Assembly (NCBI GenBank): GCA_963825305.1
Contig: CAWGTA010000016.1
Location: 102,335-166,334 of the forward strand
Source of the DNA: Terriglobia bacterium
GTDB taxonomy: Bacteria; Acidobacteriota; Terriglobia; Bryobacterales; Bryobacteraceae
Reading direction: 5' to 3'
DNA length: 64,000 nucleotides
Part shown: positions 1 through 9,185 of the stretch, one piece after another
Numbering within the stretch: position 1 is the first letter of the stretch
Layout of the letters: the number at the start of each line of letters is the position of its first letter
Made by a program: the position numbers and the translations under genes
The notes under the pieces: generated by a model
The model's database searches: none
What the model saw: the letters and a program-made list of their open reading frames with translations, nothing else
Told to the model about the DNA's origin: nothing

Positions 1-78
1 TTCGCCACCAACATCATGGACAGCCCCATACTCGGCGCCGAAGGGAACAAGGAATTCCTCCTGTATGCCCGACATTAA
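1..78 (+). CDS. tlyA: TlyA-family rRNA 2'-O-methyltransferase, C-terminal end (partial; gene starts upstream of window)
   Basis: Frame 1 reads FATNIMDSPILGAEGNKEFLLYARH then TAA. The SP-x-G-x-x-GN-x-EFL tail is the conserved TlyA C-terminus. tlyA directly upstream of nadK is a common synteny, and its stop overlaps the nadK start by 14 nt. Confidence 0.6.
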   Translation, partial: FATNIMDSPILGAEGNKEFLLYARH

Positions 79-928
79 GACCGTCGGAATCATCTCCAAG
101 CCGGGCGTACCGGCGGGCCACGAACTCGTGCCTGAGGTGATCCAATGGCTGCGGCAGCGGGCCATCGCGGTTCGCATCGATGAAGAGAGCGCGGCTTATG
201 CGCCCAGCGAGAAAGGCATTGCCCGCGACATCGTGCCTGAAGGCTGCGACCTGGTCATCGTGCTGGGGGGCGATGGCACGCTGCTCTCCGCCGCCCGCGC
301 CATCGGGAAGCGCGAGATCCCTCTCTTCCCGGTCAACCTGGGCGGGCTCGGTTTCCTGACTGCCATCACCATCGATGAGCTTTTCCCCGAACTCGATCGG
401 GCGCTCCGCGGTGAGCACCGCGTGGCCAAACGCAAACTTCTGAACACGGAGATAGTGCGCGGCGGCCAGGTGGTGGCATCCTACGATGCCCTCAACGACG
501 CCGTGCTTACCAAAGCGTCCATCGCACGCATGATCGACCTTCAGGCTTTCGTGGATGAGCAGTTCGTGGCCGACTACAAGGCTGATGGGTTGATCATCTG
601 CACGCCGACGGGGTCGACGGCCTATTCGCTGGCGGCCGGAGGGCCCATCATTTTTCCGTCGGTGCCCGCCATTTGCATCACGCCAATCTGCCCGCACATG
701 CTCACGAACCGGCCGGTGCTGGTGCCGGAGACCAGCGTGGTCCGCATCATCTCGCGCGGCCCGGATGAAAGTGTGTTCCTCACCATCGATGGGCAGATCG
801 GCAATCCGATCGAGGAAGGCGACACCATCGTGTGCCGCAGTTCGCGGTTCTCATTGCACCTGATGCGTCCGCCGCGGGCGATGTTCTTCGACGTGCTGCG
901 GCAGAAGCTCAAATGGGGCGAGCGGTGA
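65..928 (+). CDS. nadK: NAD(+) kinase
   Basis: 287-aa ORF carrying the NAD kinase motifs GGDGTLLSAAR and NLGGLGFLT. Its length and C-terminus are typical of the family. Confidence 0.92.
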   Translation: MPDIKTVGIISKPGVPAGHELVPEVIQWLRQRAIAVRIDEESAAYAPSEKGIARDIVPEGCDLVIVLGGDGTLLSAARAIGKREIPLFPVNLGGLGFLTAITIDELFPELDRALRGEHRVAKRKLLNTEIVRGGQVVASYDALNDAVLTKASIARMIDLQAFVDEQFVADYKADGLIICTPTGSTAYSLAAGGPIIFPSVPAICITPICPHMLTNRPVLVPETSVVRIISRGPDESVFLTIDGQIGNPIEEGDTIVCRSSRFSLHLMRPPRAMFFDVLRQKLKWGER

Positions 929-2172
929 AAGAGCCGGAGAACCGGACACAGACCGGGAGGTCTGTGGTACTGTCTCTCACCAACTGGATTTTTCTTGGCA
1001 TGGCGGCGGGCGTGGCCCTGGGCATCTTCGCGCCGGGCTTCGCAACGCGACTGGGGCCTGTTTCCAACGTCTTCCTTCGACTGATACGGTCGATCATCGC
1101 GCCGCTGCTGTTTGGCACGCTGGTCTCCGGCATCGCCGGCGCGGGCGATTTGCGGCGCATGGGGCGCGTCGGCATCAAGGCGCTGGTCTATTTCGAGGTG
1201 GTCACCACGCTGGCGCTTTTTCTTGGCTTGGGCGCGGTGAACCTGGTGCGCCCTGGGGACGGCGTTCCCATCGCGCGCACGGGCGCGGAAACGGCAGCGC
1301 CGCAAAGCCAAACCGATGCCGCCACGCTGATCGAACACATCTTCCCCGCCAGCATGATCGACGCCATGGCCCGCAATGACGTGCTCCAGGTGGTGGTCTT
1401 CTCGTTCCTGTTCGGCGCGGCGTGCGCGGCCATCGGCGTCAAAGCCGCACCCGTGGTTTCGTTCTGCTCGGCGCTGGCCGACGTGATGTTCCGCTACACG
1501 CGCTACGTGATGTACCTGGCCCCGTTCGGCGTGGGCGCCGCGATTGCGGTTACGGTCGGCAGCAAAGGGGCCGGCGTGCTGTTCGGCCTGGGCAAACTGA
1601 TTGCGACGATGTACGCGGCGCAGGCGCTGTTCGTGATCGTCATTCTCGGAGCGGTCGTGACGCTTTTCCGGATTCCCGCCGCGGCGTTTTATCGGGCGGT
1701 GCGTGAGCCGTTTGCCATTGCGTTCTCGACGGCATCGAGCGAAGCGGCGCTTCCCCTGGCGCTGGAAAACATGGAGCGCTTCGGCGTGCCCAAGCACATC
1801 GTGGGGTTTGTCTTGCCGACGGGCTACAGCTTCAACCTGGATGGCACCACGTTGTATTTGTCGCTCGCCTCGGTGTTCGTGGCGCAGGCCGCGGGAGTGC
1901 ACATGTCCTTCGGCGAGCAGTTAGTCATGATGCTGACTCTGATGCTCACTAGCAAGGGCGTAGCCGGCGTGCCCCGCGCGGCGCTCGTGATTCTGGCTGG
2001 AACGCTCGCGACGTTCCGATTGCCCGTGGAGGGTGTCTCCATTCTGCTGGGCGTGGATGCGCTGCTGGATATGGCGCGCACTTCCGTCAACGTGGTGGGC
2101 AACTGCCTGGCCAGCGCCGTGGTGGCGCGCTGGGAAGGTTACTCCCCGGGGACCGCAGACGAGCGAAAATAG
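913..2172 (+). CDS. dicarboxylate/amino acid:cation symporter (DAACS family, GltP/DctA-like)
   Basis: ORF 832-2172. I chose ATG 913 (MGRAVKE...) because upstream codons overlap the nadK end. The protein is multi-TM with the family signature FAIAFSTASSEAALPL. Confidence 0.88.
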   Translation: MGRAVKEPENRTQTGRSVVLSLTNWIFLGMAAGVALGIFAPGFATRLGPVSNVFLRLIRSIIAPLLFGTLVSGIAGAGDLRRMGRVGIKALVYFEVVTTLALFLGLGAVNLVRPGDGVPIARTGAETAAPQSQTDAATLIEHIFPASMIDAMARNDVLQVVVFSFLFGAACAAIGVKAAPVVSFCSALADVMFRYTRYVMYLAPFGVGAAIAVTVGSKGAGVLFGLGKLIATMYAAQALFVIVILGAVVTLFRIPAAAFYRAVREPFAIAFSTASSEAALPLALENMERFGVPKHIVGFVLPTGYSFNLDGTTLYLSLASVFVAQAAGVHMSFGEQLVMMLTLMLTSKGVAGVPRAALVILAGTLATFRLPVEGVSILLGVDALLDMARTSVNVVGNCLASAVVARWEGYSPGTADERK

Positions 2173-2199
2173 AGGACAGCGCTTCATCCGGAGGGGAGT

Positions 2200-3846
2200 A
2201 TGCGCCTGATCGCGTTTGCGTGTTTGCTTCCGATCGCCCTTTCCGCCCAACCGCAGCTAACGGCTGACGACCTCTGTTCGATTGAAGGACGAGTGGTCAA
2301 CGCCCTCACGGGCGAACCGTTGAAAAAGGCGGCCCTCTCGCTCCGGAATCTAGATCCTGTATCGCCAGGGACTCTCCGGCCGCTTTACAGCACCGTGTCC
2401 GGGCCAGACGGCCGGTTTGGGATGAAAGATATCGAGCCCGGATCGTACTTGCTGTCAGCGGAGCGCACTGGCTTCCTTCGTGCTTCATACGGAGCTCGCG
2501 GCCTCAACCAGCGCTCCGTAACGCTCCACCTCAACCGCGGGCAGACATTGAGAAGCCTCGATTTCCGGCTGACGCCTCACGGCGTTGTTTCGGGCCGTGT
2601 GGTGGACGAAGACGGTGACCCCGCAGTGAATGCCCGGATTCAACTCTTGCGGCTCCGCTACAGTCAGGGCCGAAAGCAATTGGAGCCGTTATTCAGAGGC
2701 TCCAACGCAAGCACCAGCACCAACGATCTGGGGGAGTATCGCATTTTCGGTCTTGTCCCCGGCAGATACGTTTTGGCTGCTAATTACCTCACCAGGGCGA
2801 GCGCGCTACAATCCATCGACCGTTCGGCTACCCCACGGAACAACGAGGATTACTTGCCGACGTATTACCCCGGCACGGCCGACGCAGATGCCGCGATATT
2901 CTTTGAGGTCGTAGCGGGCGCCGAAGTGCGCGGCATCGATGTGAAACTCCTGAAAGCACACACCGTGAGCGTCAGTGGTCATGTGACTAATGCCGTCTTA
3001 CCGGGGCATCCTGCTATCAGTGTTCTTCTCACACCGGGCAATTCCAATAGAGGTGCTTTCAGCATACTCGCATCCCAGGCCGATGCCTCGGGCAAGTTTG
3101 AAATCCGAAGCGTGGTACCCGGAGCGTACTCTTTGCAAGCATCCGTTACGGAAGATGACAAGTTCTACATGACCCGGCAACCGATCGAAGTGCGCGATCA
3201 AGATGTCGACAACCTGAACCTTTCGATTGCCCCGGGGGTGGGGTTACCAGGTCGCGTACGCGTCGAAGGAGATGATACCGCCGACTTAGCAAGCGTCAGC
3301 TTCAATTTAATTTCACCGGACGCAAACGCTGGCGGTTACGCACCCTTGAAAAAAGAGGATCAAAGCTTTCGCTTCGACAATCTCAACGCCGGCCACTACG
3401 ATCTGAGGGGCAACCTACCGGCCGGATATTACGTCAAGGCCGCTCGCATCGGCGACATGGACGTACTCGCTTCTGGCCTGGATATCGGCAGCGAAGCCAC
3501 TGCGCCGCTAGAAGTCGTTCTCAGCCCGCATGCCGGACAGATCGCCGGTGTAGTACAGAATCCCGATACCCAGCAGCCGGCCCCATTCAGCGTGGTGGTG
3601 CTCGTCCCACGGGAGAAAGAACGGCGCGACCGGGCGTGGTATTACCAGACGGCCACCGCCGACCGCTCCGGTAGCTTCACACTCAAAAGCGTCGCGCCAG
3701 GAGACTACAAACTGTACGCGTGGGATGAAATCGAAGACGGCGCCTACATGGACCCCGAGTTCATGAAACCGTTTGAGAGCAAAGGCGAATCGATATCGGT
3801 GAAGGAGAGCAGCCAGCTTACCGAGCAGCTCACGCTGATACCGTAA
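2200..3846 (+). CDS. secreted carboxypeptidase-regulatory-like (CarboxypepD_reg) repeat protein
   Basis: Signal peptide MRLIAFACLLPIALSAQ. Repeated G-x-V-x-(D/N)-x-x-G-x-P beta-sandwich starts are present (GRVVNALTGEPL, GRVVDEDGDPAV, GHVTN, GVVQNPDTQQPAP). This is a typical acidobacterial architecture. Confidence 0.8.
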   Translation: MRLIAFACLLPIALSAQPQLTADDLCSIEGRVVNALTGEPLKKAALSLRNLDPVSPGTLRPLYSTVSGPDGRFGMKDIEPGSYLLSAERTGFLRASYGARGLNQRSVTLHLNRGQTLRSLDFRLTPHGVVSGRVVDEDGDPAVNARIQLLRLRYSQGRKQLEPLFRGSNASTSTNDLGEYRIFGLVPGRYVLAANYLTRASALQSIDRSATPRNNEDYLPTYYPGTADADAAIFFEVVAGAEVRGIDVKLLKAHTVSVSGHVTNAVLPGHPAISVLLTPGNSNRGAFSILASQADASGKFEIRSVVPGAYSLQASVTEDDKFYMTRQPIEVRDQDVDNLNLSIAPGVGLPGRVRVEGDDTADLASVSFNLISPDANAGGYAPLKKEDQSFRFDNLNAGHYDLRGNLPAGYYVKAARIGDMDVLASGLDIGSEATAPLEVVLSPHAGQIAGVVQNPDTQQPAPFSVVVLVPREKERRDRAWYYQTATADRSGSFTLKSVAPGDYKLYAWDEIEDGAYMDPEFMKPFESKGESISVKESSQLTEQLTLIP

Positions 3847-3932
3847 GTGGGGCCAGCCCTTCCGGGCTGCCGCCGCGCTTCCGCGCGGCGCGCCGGCTGA
3901 AAGCCGGCGGCAGGCCGGAAGGCCTGCCCCAC
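3847..3932 (+). repeat. 86-nt four-hairpin palindromic element, copy 1
   Basis: gtgggg c cagccc-ttcc-gggctg c cgccgcgc-ttcc-gcgcggcg cgccggct-gaa-agccggcg g caggcc-ggaa-ggcctg ccccac. It starts immediately after the TAA of 2200-3846 and lies between convergent genes. Confidence 0.9.
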
Positions 3933-3944
3933 GGGGCCACTCTA

Positions 3945-4484
3945 CTACTTCTTCCCCCCACGGCCGCGCGCCATCGCCTCGGTCGAGGGAGGCACCAGAC
4001 CTTTCAACCTGAGATAAACGGCCATCGTGCCGTAGCACTCCTGATCGTGCGCAATGTTGCCGTACAGCGCGCTCACGCGTGGTGTCTGGCCGCGGAACGA
4101 GGGGACCGGGTCGTTAAGGTTCGCGTCCGTGGTTCCTTCATAGACCGCATCGCAAACATCGAAAGACTCTTTCAGCGCCGCAATCAAATCGGCTTTGCTG
4201 GTTTTCGAGCCGGCGGTCCCTTGTTTCGGCGTGCCCGCAATCCGCGAGCATCCGCCCAGTTGGGAATCGGCCACGTGCGCTACCCAGCCGCCGAAACTGC
4301 GCTCGGGAGCCGTCGGTTGAAAATTGTAATCAGCCTCGGCCATCTTCTCGGCGGCGGCCATGATGTTGTTCTTGATCCCGTTATACGACTGCTTCAAGTC
4401 AGCCGCCACACTCGGCGCGCCCTGCGCAAACAGTGTCGCGGCGGAAAGGGCTAACGCACTCAGAACCAGGCAATATCGTTTCAT
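3945..4484 (-). CDS. DinB-family protein with N-terminal signal peptide
   Basis: 179-aa ORF. It has signal peptide MKRYCLVLSALALSAATLFAQG followed by a DinB-like helical-bundle pattern (NNIMAAAEKMAEADYNFQPTAPERSFGGWVAHVADSQ). Confidence 0.75.
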   Translation of the reverse strand: MKRYCLVLSALALSAATLFAQGAPSVAADLKQSYNGIKNNIMAAAEKMAEADYNFQPTAPERSFGGWVAHVADSQLGGCSRIAGTPKQGTAGSKTSKADLIAALKESFDVCDAVYEGTTDANLNDPVPSFRGQTPRVSALYGNIAHDQECYGTMAVYLRLKGLVPPSTEAMARGRGGKK

Positions 4485-4571
4485 TACGGGTATGGCGAAT
4501 GGCAGAGCGCTGAGGTTACCCGGCCCCCGGAGTCACGTAGCGCTGGCGATCCTTGTCGCCGGCATTTGCAC

Positions 4572-5436
4572 TTACTCCGCGGTGCGCACGCGTAACGCCT
4601 GATCCAGTTGAAACGTGAGAACCGTCTCCACCGGCACTTTGATCGTTCCCTTAGTCAAGATTTGTGTCAACGCGCCCGCGCCCCCGCCGGACCCGGCGCC
4701 GATGGCCGCTCCCTTGCCGCCTCCGGCGATTGCGCCGATGATGGCGCCGATGGCTGCGCCTCCGCCCGAATACTCGGCTGTGCGCTTGTTCGCGCCCACT
4801 CCGGACTTGCCCTTCTCTTCCAGATCGGCGGTGCTGAGTTGATACTGGCGGCCGTCGATGGAAACCGAAGCCAAGTCCAACACCAGGTCGGAGGCGCCCC
4901 GGATTTTTCCGCCCTTCGATGCGGAACGAATGATGATCTGCGCGTTGGAGCCGCGCGGGATGACAACGTTGCGGTCAGCATCCAACACATCTCGCGTCAC
5001 CTCCGCCGGAAACGTCTGGCCTTCCACCACCTTGCTCGAATCGATGGTCTCTTCGTTGCGCACCGAAATCGAGGTGCCGGCCGGCAGCACATGGGTCCTC
5101 GTCGTAATGGCGGTCTCGGTTGGGTGGAAATGTTCGTGGTGTTCCGGCGCGCTCTCCGGGGCCGCGGCAACCGGCGGCGACGGCCACGGGCTCCGCCGCA
5201 TCGCTATACTCGATGGCGCGCACCTGATTCATCGGTATGGTGTGGTTCACTTTGTCGTCGCCCGCAATCTGAACCTCGCTGGCGGAACTGGATAACACCG
5301 TCCCACTCACGCTGGTGCCATCGCGCATCTGCACCGTGGCGTGCTGGCCGCCACCCGCCGGCTTAGCGCAGGAGGAAAGCCACAGCAGCGCCACGATCGC
5401 GCAGACAGAATTGAGGCTGATCATCTTTGGACGCAT
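4572..5436 (-). pseudogene. lipoprotein with C-terminal glycine-zipper, reading frame broken by an apparent 1-nt insertion
   Basis: ORFs 4975-5436 and 4572-5201 join into one protein if 1 nt is removed near 5165-5185. The N-part has a lipobox (LWLSSC). The C-part has no signal peptide of its own and ends in GGGAAIGAIIGAIAGGGKGAAIGAGSGGGAG. Past the junction the upstream frame becomes Arg/Gly-rich read-through. Merged length is 1 mod 3. Confidence 0.65.
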
Positions 5437-5462
5437 AGCAGGTGTAGTATAACCCCGATTAC

Positions 5463-7064
5463 TTAACGCCGAACAGGCTTATCCGACATGGCCGCCACAT
5501 GGCTGTGCTTTCTGCCATAAGCGAAATACACCACCAAGCCGATGATCAACCATATGATCAGCCGCGCCCAATTAATCCACCCCAGCTTGTACATCATGTA
5601 ACCGTTCGTGATCACACCAAGAACGGGTAAGAACGGCACCCACGGCGTACGGAATGGGCGTGGCTGATCGGGGTTGGTGTGGCGCAAGATCAAGACTGCA
5701 ATGCAGACGATGACGAACGCCAGAAGCGTCCCGATGTTCACCATCTTGCCGATATCGTCGATAGGCGTCACGCTTCCCACGATGGCCGCCAGCAGCCCTA
5801 CCAGCATCGTGTTTTTATAGGGAGTGCGCCACTTGGGGTGGACGGCCGCGAAGAACTTTCTGGGCAGCAGGCCGTCGCAGGCCATGGCATATAACACGCG
5901 AGTCTGGCCCAGCAGCATCACCAGCATGACACTGGTCAGCCCTGCCAGCGCGCCCAGCGTAATGACGTTGGAGGCGCCCGTCAAACCGCGGTCGAGGAAT
6001 GCGCGCGCGATGGGTGCTTCGATGTTCACCTCTTGCCACGGAACCATGCCCGTCAGCACCCCCGCCACCAATATGTACAAAGTCGTACATACCAGCAGCG
6101 AGGTAATGATTCCGATGGGCAGATCGCGCTGCGGATTGCGGGCTTCCTGCGCAGTAGTGGAGACAGCGTCGAATCCGATATAAGCGAAAAAGATGTAGGC
6201 GGCACCCGCGCCAATGCCGGAGAAACCATAGGGTGCGAACGAGGCCCAGCTCGAACCCCAGTTGACCTTGCTGATGTACTGGGAGCCCAGCCCGATTACG
6301 AAAAGCACTACGGATACCTTGATTACGACGATTACGGTGTTGAAGCGGGCGCTCTCCTGGATTCCGATTACAAGAATGGCGGTGATGACGAGGGCGATCA
6401 GAAACGCCGGCAGATTGAATCCAATCTCGGAACCGAAAAGGCGCGGCGCGTCTAAAAGCGCGTGCGCGCGGCTGACCAGCTCGGCCGATTGCGCTGCCGT
6501 GATGGCCGTCACGCGGTCCATAAAAGCCTGCGTGCCGGTGACCAATGAGGAGTCCGAGGCCTGGGCCATTTGCCGGGCGATCGTAGTTTCCGCGATGCGC
6601 AATCCGGTCCAGTGATCATACGCGAGCCACAGCGGAATCTTGATGTGGAGGACATCCATCAGCTCCACAAAATGGTTCGACCAGCCGGAGGAAACCGTGC
6701 TCGCCCCCATGGCGTATTCGAGCGTCAAATCCCAACCGATGATCCAGGCAAACAGCTCGCCCAATGTGGCATAGGCGTATGTGTACGCACTTCCGGCAAG
6801 GGGGATCAGCGCTGCGAATTCCGCGTAGCAGAGGCCCGCAAAGGCGCAGCCGAGGCCCGACAGAACGAACGACAGCATCAGCCCCGGCCCGGCATAGTGC
6901 GCGCCCAAACCCGAAAGTACAAAAATACCCGCTCCGATGATCGCCCCGACCCCTAGAGCGGTCAACTGAAACGGTCCGAGAGTCCGCCGCAGGCTATGTT
7001 CGTTCTCCTGCCCGGCCTCGTCCAAGATAAGCTTCAGGGGTTTACGAATCAGTATACTGGCCAT
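5463..7064 (-). CDS. amino acid permease (APC superfamily)
   Basis: ORF 5463-7226. I chose ATG 7064 (MASILIRKPLK...) just before the first TM. About 12 or more TM segments, and an N-terminal GVGAIIGAGIFVLSG motif typical of APC transporters. Confidence 0.88.
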   Translation of the reverse strand: MASILIRKPLKLILDEAGQENEHSLRRTLGPFQLTALGVGAIIGAGIFVLSGLGAHYAGPGLMLSFVLSGLGCAFAGLCYAEFAALIPLAGSAYTYAYATLGELFAWIIGWDLTLEYAMGASTVSSGWSNHFVELMDVLHIKIPLWLAYDHWTGLRIAETTIARQMAQASDSSLVTGTQAFMDRVTAITAAQSAELVSRAHALLDAPRLFGSEIGFNLPAFLIALVITAILVIGIQESARFNTVIVVIKVSVVLFVIGLGSQYISKVNWGSSWASFAPYGFSGIGAGAAYIFFAYIGFDAVSTTAQEARNPQRDLPIGIITSLLVCTTLYILVAGVLTGMVPWQEVNIEAPIARAFLDRGLTGASNVITLGALAGLTSVMLVMLLGQTRVLYAMACDGLLPRKFFAAVHPKWRTPYKNTMLVGLLAAIVGSVTPIDDIGKMVNIGTLLAFVIVCIAVLILRHTNPDQPRPFRTPWVPFLPVLGVITNGYMMYKLGWINWARLIIWLIIGLVVYFAYGRKHSHVAAMSDKPVRR

Positions 7065-7137
7065 AAATTCACTGTCTGAAACATACCAAACCGTAGCAAA
7101 CTTCGCACCAAAAGCCCCTTTCGCACGTAAAATTGAA

Positions 7138-9169
7138 TTGGAGTCTACTCGCTTGCGAAAACTCATCTTGCCGGCCTCCCTGTTTCTGGGGACGCTTTTT
7201 GGCCAAACCGCTTCGCAGTCTCCCAACCTTCACTTCGATCTCAAGGCGCTCGACAGAAGCGCGAATCCCTGCGTCGATTTTTACCAGTACGCCTGCGGTT
7301 CGTGGATGAAGAACAATCCGATTCCCAACGATCAATCCCGCTGGGACCGTTTCGACGCGTTGGCGGAACGCAATCGCGAGATTCTGCGGGACATCCTGGA
7401 GGAGGCCGCGCGGCCCGATGCGAGTCGTGACGCGGTCACACAGAAGATCGGCGACTATTATGCCGCGTGCATGGACACCAAGACGATCGACGCCAAGGGC
7501 CTCGCTCCTATCCAGTCGGAGCTCGATCGGATCCGCGCACTGGCCGGACAAGGACCGCTTGGCAGGTGAGATCGCCCGGCTGCACCGCAGCGGCATGCCG
7601 GCGCTATTCGAGTTCGGGTCCGGACAGGATTTCAAGAATTCCAGCGCGGTGATTGCGCAGCTTGACCAGGGCGGGCTGGCTCTTCCCGACCGCGACTACT
7701 ATCTCAAGAGCGATGCGGATACGCTGGCAATCCGCCAGAAATACCTCGCTCACATCCAGCGCATCTTCGAGCTTGCCGGTGACCCGCCCGATCGAGCCAA
7801 GGCTGGAGCGGAAACCGTTTTGCGGATCGAAACCGAACTCGCCAAGGGCTCCCTGGACCGTGTTTCCCAGCGCGATCCGGAAAAGGTTTACCACAAGATG
7901 AACCAGCAGGAGCTGGCTAAGCTCAGCCCGGCGTTCCGCTGGAGCCAGTACTTCACCGATAGCGGCACCCCGCAATTTCAGGACCTCAACGTTGCCTGGC
8001 CGGACTATTTCAAGGCTCTCAATTCGGCCCTCAGCACATTCAGCCTGGATGAGTGGAAGACCTATCTGCGCTGGCACGTGCTCCACTCGGAAGCGGCCCT
8101 GCTGCCGGCACCATACGTGGACGAGAACTTCGATTTCTACGGCAAGACACTGACCGGCGCCAAAGAACTGCGGCCGCGCTGGAAGCGCTGCGTCGATTTC
8201 ACGGACAGCCAATTGGGCGAGGCCCTGGGACGCAAGTTCGTCGAGCGCACCTTCGGCGCGGAAGGCAAAGAGCGGACGCTAAAAATGGTGGATGCTATCG
8301 AAAAGGCCCTGGGGCAGGACATTCAGAGCGTCGCCTGGATGACGCCCGCCACCAAGCAGCAGGCGCTGGTGAAACTGAAGGCCATCACCAACAAGATCGG
8401 CTACCCTGACAAGTGGCGCGATTACAGCAGCGTTCAAATCCGTAGAGACGACGCAGCGGGAAACGGAATGCGCGCGGACCAATTCGAGTTTCAGCGCCAA
8501 TTGAACAAGATCGGCAAGCCGGTGGACCGCCTGGAATGGGGGATGACGCCTCCTACCGTGAACGCGTATTACGACCCGCTGATGAACAACGTGAATTTCC
8601 CGGCCGGAATCCTGCAGCCGCCGTTCTACGACAACGGCGCCGACGATGCCGTGAACTTCGGCGGGATCGGCACGGTGATCGGCCACGAACTGACTCACGG
8701 GTTCGATGACGAAGGCCGTCAGTTCGACGCTCAGGGCAATCTGCGTGATTGGTGGACCCCCGCCGACGCCAAGGCGTTCGGGGAGCGCGAAGCCTGTCTT
8801 GCCGACGAGTATTCCAATTTTTCTCCGGTTCCAGGCGTTCAGTTGAACGGTAAACTGACGTTGGGCGAGAACACGGCCGACAACGGCGGCGTGCGGCTCG
8901 CCTTGATGGCTCTCGTCAACACCATCGGCAACCAGCGCCCCAAGATGGACGGCTTCACTCCCGAGCAGCGCTTTTTCCTGTCCTTCGGCCAAATCTGGTG
9001 CGAAAACGAACGCGACGAATCGCTCCGTCTGCGGGCCCGTACCGATCCACATTCGCCTTCTAAATTCCGGGTCAACGGAGTGGTGAAGAATATGCCCGAG
9101 TTCGAGAAGGCCTTCGCCTGCAAAGCCGGTCAGCCGATGGTGCCCGCCAACGCCTGCCACGTCTGGTAG
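7138..9169 (+). pseudogene. M13 family metallopeptidase (PepO / endothelin-converting-enzyme-like), frame broken by an apparent 1-nt insertion
   Basis: The N-terminal ORF 7138-7569 has a signal peptide and the PCVDFYQYACGSW motif. The 7418-9169 ORF continues the family (NAYY, VIGHELTHGFD, GENTADNGG). The frames switch near 7541-7552 (..ELDRIRAL / DKDRLAGEIARLH..). Merged length is 1 mod 3. Confidence 0.85.
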
Positions 9170-9185
9170 CGGCTACACTAAACGT

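Noticed and set aside
622-1902. Other long antisense or overlapping ORFs (622-1902 -, 8279-9160 -, 9300-10367 -, 30679-31875 +, 33122-34453 +, 46480-47778 +, 56606-57850 -, 59518-60426 -, 61138-61833 -)
   Set aside because: Each lies opposite or out of frame to a gene with strong family motifs. Their compositions are dominated by Arg, Gly, Ala, Pro and His with no recognisable domains. They are GC-driven open frames, not genes.
3744-3932. Small ORFs encoding GQAFRPAA.., RPAAGRKACP.. peptides (3744-3932 -, part of 3508-4038 -, 44815-45162 +)
   Set aside because: They are read-through translations of the 86-nt palindromic repeat. The same peptide appears wherever the repeat occurs and on either strand.
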